Below are positions 43,854 to 51,212 of a stretch of DNA of 64,000 bases, piece by piece. The stretch comes from K189A clade bacterium (GTDB taxonomy: Bacteria; Pseudomonadota; Gammaproteobacteria; Pseudomonadales; Azotimanducaceae): contig QXZU01000186.1 in NCBI GenBank assembly GCA_009886205.1, positions 24,043 to 88,042 on the forward strand, in the 5' to 3' direction. Under the pieces are notes generated by a model. That model had not been told where the DNA came from, did no database searches, and saw only the letters and a list, made by a program, of their open reading frames with translations. The translations under genes were made by a program, and so were the position numbers. Every line of letters starts with the position of its first letter. Within the stretch, counting starts at the first letter, position 1.

Positions 43854-44798
43854 TTAGTCAGCCACTAAAACCGCCTTTAGCATGTCGTCTAGCGGGGTCA
43901 ATTTTTCCATACCCAAATGCTTCATGGTCGGCTCTGGATCAATGTTGTCGTCATGATCGAGTACACCCAACATGGCCGTAGTGATGGGCGGATTGCCGAG
44001 AAATTGCTCTAATGCACCCGCCACTAGGTAGCCTAGGCCAATAGGCAGCGAGACAAAAATTGGCGTATTCGCAAAAAGATCTGCACCGCGTTGGTAAAGC
44101 TCCTTGCGGGTCAGGCATTCTGGCCCGCCCAAGTCATACCCGCCCTCTAACTGCTGTGTTGACGCCGCACATATCGCACTGACCACATCCCCAGCGTATA
44201 TAGGCTGCTCCAGGCTTTCGCCGCGGAAAACAAAGCCATTCTTACCGGACGCCCGACGCCGCAATGCGCCGCTTGCATAATCACCTTCGCCCAACACCAT
44301 AGGCACCCGCAACGTGCAGGCACCGGGGCCACCAGCAGCAAGAATGGCTTCGGCTTGGCCTTTTGAGGCTAAGCAAGCATTTGCCGCATCGGGTTTAGAC
44401 CCGACAATAGAAAGGTAAGTTATATGTTTTACGCTGGACGTGGCTAGCGCTTCAACAAGCGCAGCACAGCTGTCTTCGTGGGCCGCCTGATAGGTGGCAA
44501 AGGCAGTTGCTTTCAAAATACCAACAAGGTGCACGGCTCTATCACAACCCTGAGCCGCAGCTTGGAGTTGCGCAACGTTGGTGTAGTCCGCCACCACCAA
44601 AGACAATCGCGCACTATCTGCCTCAGACAAGTCTCCTTCAGGGGATGTCAGCTGCCGCAACGTTTGCAATGCACTCTCACTACGCACTACCGCCACAATG
44701 TTGTCCCTAGTAGACTGCAACAAATGCACAATTAGACGCCGGCCTAAGTTACCATTGGCGCCTGTTATCAACCATTTACCTAATACTTCTGAGACCAT
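43854..44798 (-). CDS. NAD(P)-binding Rossmann protein (atypical SDR, NDUFA9/epimerase-like)
   Basis: LITGANGNLG, VHLVGIL, YLSIVG, SKGQAE and QPIYAGDV motifs. Confidence 0.82.
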   Translation of the reverse strand: MVSEVLGKWLITGANGNLGRRLIVHLLQSTRDNIVAVVRSESALQTLRQLTSPEGDLSEADSARLSLVVADYTNVAQLQAAAQGCDRAVHLVGILKATAFATYQAAHEDSCAALVEALATSSVKHITYLSIVGSKPDAANACLASKGQAEAILAAGGPGACTLRVPMVLGEGDYASGALRRRASGKNGFVFRGESLEQPIYAGDVVSAICAASTQQLEGGYDLGGPECLTRKELYQRGADLFANTPIFVSLPIGLGYLVAGALEQFLGNPPITTAMLGVLDHDDNIDPEPTMKHLGMEKLTPLDDMLKAVLVAD

Positions 44799-44829
44799 GC
44801 TTTTTCTAAACCTTAATGCAATTTCAAGT

Positions 44830-45327
44830 ATGAACAGCCAATTTGATGCAACACCTTACAGCGAGCCAGCCAAAATACGCAATTACCCAAATGGGGTCAT
44901 GGCGCTATTGTGCACGCTTTTGCTCAGCGCATGTGGGTCACCCATTGGCCCTATCGCTGGCGGCAGCCTAGAGGGCGAGCTAATGCCTTGGCCAACAGAT
45001 TGGGCCATTGCGGAAGACTGTGAAAATGTTTTGTTAGAAACCAACCCTGCCAAACCCTACTCAGTGACCATCTGGGGTGTGGGCGATGAGCAAAATTTTT
45101 ATGTTGCTGCAGGCAAACAAAGCAACCGTTGGGCTCAGAATATTGAAAAGAACCCCCAAGTTCTTTTAGACGTAGACGGCAAACTTTATGCGGCTAACGC
45201 ACAGCGCGTAGTAGAGCGCGCCGAGTTTGAAAAAATCAGACAGGCTTTCGTTGCAAAATACGATTTCGACCCAGACCCTGACTTTAAGGCAGAGGGCGCA
45301 CTTTACCGCTTAGTTCCGGCCCAGTAG
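44830..45327 (+). CDS. Lipoprotein with split beta-barrel (DUF385/DUF2255, FDOR-like) domain
   Basis: Lipobox LLSAC and RWAQNIEKNPQVLLDVDGKLYAANAQRV, resembling deazaflavin/flavin split barrels. Start uncertain (44830 or 44898). Confidence 0.55.
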   Translation: MNSQFDATPYSEPAKIRNYPNGVMALLCTLLLSACGSPIGPIAGGSLEGELMPWPTDWAIAEDCENVLLETNPAKPYSVTIWGVGDEQNFYVAAGKQSNRWAQNIEKNPQVLLDVDGKLYAANAQRVVERAEFEKIRQAFVAKYDFDPDPDFKAEGALYRLVPAQ

Positions 45328-45338
45328 CCCTAACATCT

Positions 45339-45863
45339 ATGTTGCGCTCATGGGCCAATTTATTAACACTATTGCGGCTTTTAGCCGCCCCATTGCTGGT
45401 TTGGCTACTTCTCAATGAAGACTGGTGGCTGGCAGCGATCACATTATTCATCGCCATTCTTAGCGACATCTTCGATGGCAAAATAGCCCGCAAAATGAAT
45501 CAAGCGACCGCCTTTGGTGGATTGTTTGATCACGCCACAGATGCAATCTTTGTCAGTTCCGCCGCCTGGGCATTAGCTCAGCTTGGCTTCATAAATGATT
45601 TTTTGTGGGCGTTGATTGTGCTCGCCTTCGTGCAGTACACCCTAGATTCCAAAGCTTTGAGCGGACAAGTACTGCGCAGCAGCAAACTTGGCAGATATAA
45701 CGGCATCGCTTACTTTGTTTTAATCTGTGTTTGTGTGGGCTTCCAGTGCTTGCCCCTACAGCTGCTTAACCCAGTGCTGCCCTGGGCAGCTTGGGCACTT
45801 GTTGCAACGTCGCTGCTTTCAATGAGCGATCGCTTCTACAGCTTGGTTAGACGAAACGCTTAA
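45339..45863 (+). CDS. CDP-alcohol phosphatidyltransferase family
   Basis: ANLLTLLRL and SDIFDGKIARKMNQATAFGGLFDHATD (DGxxAR...G...D...D) motifs. Confidence 0.92.
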   Translation: MLRSWANLLTLLRLLAAPLLVWLLLNEDWWLAAITLFIAILSDIFDGKIARKMNQATAFGGLFDHATDAIFVSSAAWALAQLGFINDFLWALIVLAFVQYTLDSKALSGQVLRSSKLGRYNGIAYFVLICVCVGFQCLPLQLLNPVLPWAAWALVATSLLSMSDRFYSLVRRNA

Positions 45864-45900
45864 CCGCAATAGATAGTTACGGTTAGTATTCGTCAGCCAT

Positions 45901-47112
45901 TTATTGTTTGCCGGCTATGGCGTAAGCATGGGCCTTAAACTCGTGACTGAACGGGTGCCAAAATCCTGGCATACGCTGAGTCAAGCAAAAGCCAGTAAGG
46001 TCAGCTTCCGGCGCCATCCAGCTGTGGGTACCGGCCATGCCGCCCCAGTGATACTCACCTTGCGCACCAGCCGGGTCACCTGCCTGCAAATTCTCTTTCA
46101 GCGCAAAGCCCAGACCAAAAACCGTGCCCGGCATGGCCCACATGGGAAATGCAACACTCACCCCTTCTGCTAATTGATTGGTTCGCATCAAAGCCAATGT
46201 TTCATCCTTTAGAATCCGCTGACCGTTCCATTCACCACCGTTCACTAGCATCTGCAAAAATGCAACGTAGTCGGATACTGTAGACGCCAAACCGCCACCG
46301 CCACTTAACCATTTGCGCTGCTGATTATATTGGCCCGCAATAGGGTCATCGACTTTCACCAATCCTGGAGCCATAGGTTTAAAGATATCTGTTGGCGCGT
46401 ACATTGTGGTGAATCGAGAGGTTTTTTCTGGCGGTACCCAGAAATCGGTATCGACCATGGCTAAAGGAGTAAATATGTTGTCACGCAAAAATTCATCAAA
46501 CTTTTGTCCAGACAGCACCTCAACCAAACGCGCGCATACATCGGTGGCCACGGAGTAGCGCCAGCTGGTGCCTGGCTCATAAGCCAACGGCAGTTTTGCA
46601 ATCTCTGCGCAAAATTCTTCTAGATCGAGACTGAAGTCACCCAGTACGTTAATAGTCTTGTTATAGGCTTGATCGACTACTGAGTCTGGCTCAATGAAGC
46701 CGTAACTTAAGCCCGCGCTGTGACTTAAAATGTGCTTTATTAGGATAGGGTTTTTCGCCGCGACAACATCGCCGGCTGAACTGGCGTTTGCGGTGAGTAC
46801 TTGCATGTCGGCAAAATCTGGCATGAACTTACCTAACGGATCATCTAACTTAAAATGACCTTGTTCGTAAAGCATCATCAGAGCCACTGATGTGACCAAC
46901 TTAGTGCTGGAGTACATGCGATAAATCGCATCTTCCTGCAGCGGCGATTTGTCCTCTAGATTCATGTACCCAAACGTTTTGTAGTCAACGATCTTGGTAC
47001 CCTGCATGACCAATGTGGCGCAACATGACAGAATATTTTCGTCCACATAAAAACGCATGCGGTCATACATCGGGGAAAAATCTAGCCCAGTACTTTCTAT
47101 AGTTAACGCCAT
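45901..47112 (-). CDS. Serine hydrolase of beta-lactamase fold (EstB/class C-like)
   Basis: IYRMYSSTKL (SxxK), LLSH-type segment ILSHSAGL, WRYSVATD and SGGGGLASTVSDY; no signal peptide. Confidence 0.9.
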   Translation of the reverse strand: MALTIESTGLDFSPMYDRMRFYVDENILSCCATLVMQGTKIVDYKTFGYMNLEDKSPLQEDAIYRMYSSTKLVTSVALMMLYEQGHFKLDDPLGKFMPDFADMQVLTANASSAGDVVAAKNPILIKHILSHSAGLSYGFIEPDSVVDQAYNKTINVLGDFSLDLEEFCAEIAKLPLAYEPGTSWRYSVATDVCARLVEVLSGQKFDEFLRDNIFTPLAMVDTDFWVPPEKTSRFTTMYAPTDIFKPMAPGLVKVDDPIAGQYNQQRKWLSGGGGLASTVSDYVAFLQMLVNGGEWNGQRILKDETLALMRTNQLAEGVSVAFPMWAMPGTVFGLGFALKENLQAGDPAGAQGEYHWGGMAGTHSWMAPEADLTGFCLTQRMPGFWHPFSHEFKAHAYAIAGKQ

Positions 47113-47189
47113 AAGGTAGCCCTCTATCTCTTTCTTTAACTTTATCCTGCAAGCCCAAAGCTTACCACGGGCAATTTTTCTAATCGCCT

Positions 47190-47221
47190 AGTCAGCTCAG
47201 TCTTAACAACTGAGTCTGACT
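47190..47221. terminator. 12-bp bulged hairpin, possible terminator of the M20 gene
   Basis: AGTCAG-CTCAGT-N7-ACTGAG-T-CTGACT; no clear U-tract. Confidence 0.4.
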
Positions 47222-47275
47222 GGCTAAAACGCGTTGAATATACCGTGGCCAATTGGCCCGCACAGCTAAATGTCA

Positions 47276-48688
47276 CTACGGTTGCGCAGCAAAATCTACT
47301 AACAGTTGATATAATGTGCGAACGCCTTTCTTGAGGTTTTCTACCCCTAAACGTTCATCGTTGCCGTGCACCCCAGAGAATTCTCCCGGCGCATAAACAA
47401 AGGGCGAATAGCCATAACTGGTAATGCCCAGATCACGGAAAAAGTGCGAGTCGGTAAAGCCGCCCGCGACGGTGGGAATAACTGGCGCGCCAAATGCTTG
47501 CTCGGATACCTTAACAATGGCCTTGTACAGTGACGTGTCTGTGCGGCTGATCGCCGGAGTGAAGCCCATGATGCGCTCAATAGTTATCTGCTTGTCGTTG
47601 ATAATATTATTCAAATCAACAAGAAAGGCCTCGGGGTCTTGATCTGGCAGAAGTCGGCAATCTAACTCTGCATGGGCTTGTGCTGGCACAACATTGATCT
47701 TGCTGCTGCCTTCTAAGGTGGTTATTGAGCAAGTGTTACGCAACAACGCATGACCACCGGGATTATTCAATTTCAGGCCCAGCAGATAATCAGGATTTTC
47801 TACCGCCTTAGATAAGTTGGCAAAATTGGAGCGATCGGCGCCAGATTGATAGGGCGCTAAGCCTTCAAACATTTGCGCTACTGGAGCAATCACATTCACC
47901 GGGAATTCGGTTTCACTAACGCGTTTCAAACCACGGATAAGGCGCGTAACTGACGTTTGCATTTGTGGCGCAGAACCATGACCGGGCTTACCCAATGCGG
48001 TTAACCGCAACCAGAGGGGCACCTTTTGTGTGACCTCTACCATGACCGCAATGTCCTCACCAAAGCTGCGTCCTGAACCGCCTTCATTGAGTACGTAGCC
48101 AACATTGGCAAAAATGTCAGGCCGATTTTCAATGAGCCAGCCAGCGCCAAAAAAACCACCCGCCTCTTCGTCTGCGGTAGCGACAAAAAGAATGTCTCTA
48201 TTGAGTTTTAGCCCACTATCCGCCAATGCCAAGAAAGCCTGCAAATGTGCAATGCCTAAACCTTTGGTATCAATGGCCCCACGCCCATATATATAGCCGT
48301 TGGCGACGTCGCCAGATAACGGATCTACAGTCCAAAAATTTAGATCCGCTGGCACCACATCAATATGGTGAAGCAGCACTAGTGCAGGTTTCTTGTTGCC
48401 GTCCTTATCTGCAGTGCCTTCCAACTTGGCCCAGAGATTGCCTCGCCCCTTGGCTGATTCAGCGGATTCATAGGCAATGCCGGCATCATCGAGCAACTTA
48501 GATAAGTAGGCTACTCCTCGATATTCATTACCCGGTGGATTAACGGTGTCAATTTTTAGGTACTGGGAAAGTCGAGGCACTGCCTCCTCAGCATAAGTTG
48601 CAACATCTGCTTTGACGCCTTGCATAAGGCCTAAAGACACCGCTAAAACCATCAAACTCTTCAACATCACGCTAATTTTGCGCCTCAT
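47276..48688 (-). CDS. Exported M20/M25/M40 family metallopeptidase/amidohydrolase
   Basis: Signal peptide, DTVNPPGNE, HHIDVVP, GRGAIDTKG, DEEAGG, GFTDSH and HGNDER motifs. Start set to ATG 48688. Confidence 0.9.
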   Translation of the reverse strand: MRRKISVMLKSLMVLAVSLGLMQGVKADVATYAEEAVPRLSQYLKIDTVNPPGNEYRGVAYLSKLLDDAGIAYESAESAKGRGNLWAKLEGTADKDGNKKPALVLLHHIDVVPADLNFWTVDPLSGDVANGYIYGRGAIDTKGLGIAHLQAFLALADSGLKLNRDILFVATADEEAGGFFGAGWLIENRPDIFANVGYVLNEGGSGRSFGEDIAVMVEVTQKVPLWLRLTALGKPGHGSAPQMQTSVTRLIRGLKRVSETEFPVNVIAPVAQMFEGLAPYQSGADRSNFANLSKAVENPDYLLGLKLNNPGGHALLRNTCSITTLEGSSKINVVPAQAHAELDCRLLPDQDPEAFLVDLNNIINDKQITIERIMGFTPAISRTDTSLYKAIVKVSEQAFGAPVIPTVAGGFTDSHFFRDLGITSYGYSPFVYAPGEFSGVHGNDERLGVENLKKGVRTLYQLLVDFAAQP

Positions 48689-48770
48689 ACTTATTCCTAA
48701 TGAAAAAATGACTACCAATTAAGATGCACAAGTCTCCATAATCTGGCAACAAAAATTACCGGGGAGAAAT

Positions 48771-49817
48771 ATGCGGATCTCTACATTGATGAGTTATGCA
48801 GGTGGGTTTAAAGAGGCGGTTGCAGAAATAAAGGCGCTAGAGAAGGCTGGGCTAGACGTTGTATGGGTGCCAGAAGCCTATTCCTTTGATGCGCCAACAG
48901 CCATGGGTTATCTGGCTGCGGAAACTGAGCGCGTGATTATTGCCTCTGGCATTCTGCCAATTTACACACGCACACCAAGCCTGTTAGCGATGACCGCCGC
49001 AGGGCTAGATTATTTGTCTGATGGCCGCGCAATGCTGGGCCTGGGCGCTTCAGGCCCCCAAGTGATTGAGGGTTTTCACGGCGTACCCTACAACGCACCA
49101 GTTGCTAGAACCCGTGAAGTGATAGAAATTTGCCGCAAAGTCTGGAAGCGCGAAAAAGTTCAGCACCTTGGCAAGCACTACCAAATTCCACTGCCTCAAA
49201 ATGAAGGCACAGGATTAGGCAAACCATTGAAGCTGATTAACCACCCTGTGAAAGACGACATTCCAATTGCCATTGCATCCTTAGGGCCTACCAGTGTTGC
49301 GGCTACTGCCGAACTGGCCGACGCTTGGTTGCCAGCGTTCTACACGCCTGAAGCCGCTCGCGCTGTTTGGGGCGAGTCATTAGACCAAGGTAATGCCAAA
49401 AGAGACGGTGGCAGAGCGCCGCTAGACATTTTTGCCGGCGGCAGTGTGGCCATTGGCGACGGTATGGAAGAACTAAGAGAGCGTGCTCGTCCTGGCGCAG
49501 CGTTATATATCGGCGGCATGGGCGCTCGGTCAAAGAACTTCTATAACGACATTTTTGCCAAGAGTGGTTACGTGGATGAAGCGAAGGTCATTCAAGACCT
49601 TTACTTGGCCGGTGATAAGAAAGCTGCTGAAGAGGCCATTCCGGCTGACTATCTTGCCAAGAGTTCATTGATCGGACCTGAGGGGTTTGTTAAAGAGCGC
49701 CTTTACGCGTTAAGAGAATCTGGCGTGACGTCACTGAACGTCAACTTTGCAGGGCAAAGTGCTGAAGAACGCGTGGCCCAGTGTGAGAAGCTGCGCAACC
49801 TTGTCGACTCTATGTAG
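48771..49817 (+). CDS. LLM-class oxidoreductase, F420-dependent Rv3520c-like family
   Basis: WVPEAYSFDA, ASGILPIYTRTP, AMTAAGLDYLSDGR and LGLGASGPQVIEGFHG match the motif pattern I associate with that family. Confidence 0.8.
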   Translation: MRISTLMSYAGGFKEAVAEIKALEKAGLDVVWVPEAYSFDAPTAMGYLAAETERVIIASGILPIYTRTPSLLAMTAAGLDYLSDGRAMLGLGASGPQVIEGFHGVPYNAPVARTREVIEICRKVWKREKVQHLGKHYQIPLPQNEGTGLGKPLKLINHPVKDDIPIAIASLGPTSVAATAELADAWLPAFYTPEAARAVWGESLDQGNAKRDGGRAPLDIFAGGSVAIGDGMEELRERARPGAALYIGGMGARSKNFYNDIFAKSGYVDEAKVIQDLYLAGDKKAAEEAIPADYLAKSSLIGPEGFVKERLYALRESGVTSLNVNFAGQSAEERVAQCEKLRNLVDSM

Positions 49818-49865
49818 GTTCAAACGGTAGGTTAAAGCGACAGGTTAGAGCTGTAGGTAAGGCTT
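49814..49865. repeat. Degenerate 13-bp tandem repeat x4 starting at the LLM stop codon
   Basis: GTAGGTTCAAACG / GTAGGTTAAAGCG / ACAGGTTAGAGCT / GTAGGTAAGGCTT. Confidence 0.7.
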
Positions 49866-49890
49866 GCCAGCCAGGCCGATAAAAAACGAT

Positions 49891-50694
49891 TCAATGAAGG
49901 CGAATCAAGCCCTCTTGAACCGTTGACGCCACCAGCTCTCCCTGCTCAGTGAAAATATTCCCTCGGGTATATCCTCTGGCTTCCGACGTACTGGGGGTAT
50001 CGATGGCATAAAGCAGCCATTGATTCACATCTACTGGCCGATGAAACCACATGGCGTGGTCAAGGCTTGCTACCTGCATTGCCTCGCGCTTGAAGCGTCC
50101 TCTATGCGGCAGGCGCGCAGTACCCAACAATACGTTATCTGACTCATAAACCAACAAACATGCCGCTAACGCGGGGTCTTCAGGCACAGGCCCAGTACTT
50201 TTAAACCAAACAAACTGCTCTGGCGGCTGTGGCGTTTCTGATTGCAAGCGGCGAAATTCATGACGCCAAGTAACAAATGGCGCGTCAAATAAGGCCTTAG
50301 GGATTTTTGCCTCTAACGGCGGCTGCAAATCCGGCATGGCGATCTGATGACTTAAGCCAGATTCCGGCACTTGAAAAGACGCATCCATATTAAATATGGC
50401 TTCCCCGCGCTGGGTCACCAATATGCGCCGAGCTGAAAACGAACCGCCATCTCGAGTGCGTTCCACGCGAATAATCGCTGGCACAGACGGATCTCCCGGG
50501 CGCAAAAAATATCCATGCAGCGAATGCACAAAGCGGTCGGAGGCTACCGTTTTTATGCCCGCCATGAGTGCCTGAGACAAAATCTGGCCGCCAAACAACC
50601 TTTTGGTTCTGGTTGGCGGGTGTTGCGCGCGAAATATGTCTTCCTCAATTCGCTCAATGTCGAGCAAGTGCAAGAGTTCAGCTAACTTGTTGAT
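49891..50694 (-). CDS. tesB: Acyl-CoA thioesterase II
   Basis: RLFGGQILSQAL, HSLHGYFLRPGD, RDGGSFSAR, ASLDHAMWFH and VASTVQEG motifs. Start is ATC 50694 (good SD) or TTG 50673. Confidence 0.93.
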   Translation of the reverse strand: MNKLAELLHLLDIERIEEDIFRAQHPPTRTKRLFGGQILSQALMAGIKTVASDRFVHSLHGYFLRPGDPSVPAIIRVERTRDGGSFSARRILVTQRGEAIFNMDASFQVPESGLSHQIAMPDLQPPLEAKIPKALFDAPFVTWRHEFRRLQSETPQPPEQFVWFKSTGPVPEDPALAACLLVYESDNVLLGTARLPHRGRFKREAMQVASLDHAMWFHRPVDVNQWLLYAIDTPSTSEARGYTRGNIFTEQGELVASTVQEGLIRLH

Positions 50695-50784
50695 GAATTA
50701 TTCCTCTTCTTCGCGAACACTTAGCCCCGTTAACTCGTACTGACAACTCGTACTAGCTGTTAATCCTGACCTTTAGTCCTGCTT

Positions 50785-51180
50785 TTAGTCCTGGCAATAA
50801 GGGCCGTAAAATGGGTCTTGGGCTAACGTGGTTCTGCGCCCTCTGGTGTCAATCATATCAAGATAGTTCCACAGCAAATTACAGGACAAATCTGTCTGAT
50901 CTTCTGGATTACCTAGCGCGTCAAAAATAACCTCGGTGTCTTCACTGATCAGCAGGTCTTCAGGAATTGAGCACAACATGTCTAAAGCATCACGCACGGC
51001 GGCGTCCACCACCTGCATTTCGGCTTTTGCTTGCAGAGACCAAAGCCACATTGCTTCGCTGTCGATACTGCCCTGTCGCCATAATTCTACTTGTTGCAAC
51101 ATTTTTACTCGATCCAGCACTTCCATAACTTGTCTCCACAAGGCTGTTGTCCCAGCGGATGCCAGAACGTTATTATCCAA
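50785..51180 (-). CDS. Hypothetical acidic helical protein, 131 aa
   Basis: Fills an otherwise empty gap; AGG 7 nt upstream of a TTG start; no family recognised. Confidence 0.6.
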   Translation of the reverse strand: MDNNVLASAGTTALWRQVMEVLDRVKMLQQVELWRQGSIDSEAMWLWSLQAKAEMQVVDAAVRDALDMLCSIPEDLLISEDTEVIFDALGNPEDQTDLSCNLLWNYLDMIDTRGRRTTLAQDPFYGPYCQD

Positions 51181-51212
51181 GCCTATTCTAAAACGATATT
51201 GGCGGAGAACCT

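Noticed and set aside
45901-47112. Acquired class C beta-lactamase resistance gene
   Set aside because: It has no signal peptide, carries EstB-type motifs and has no mobile context; better called a generic serine hydrolase.
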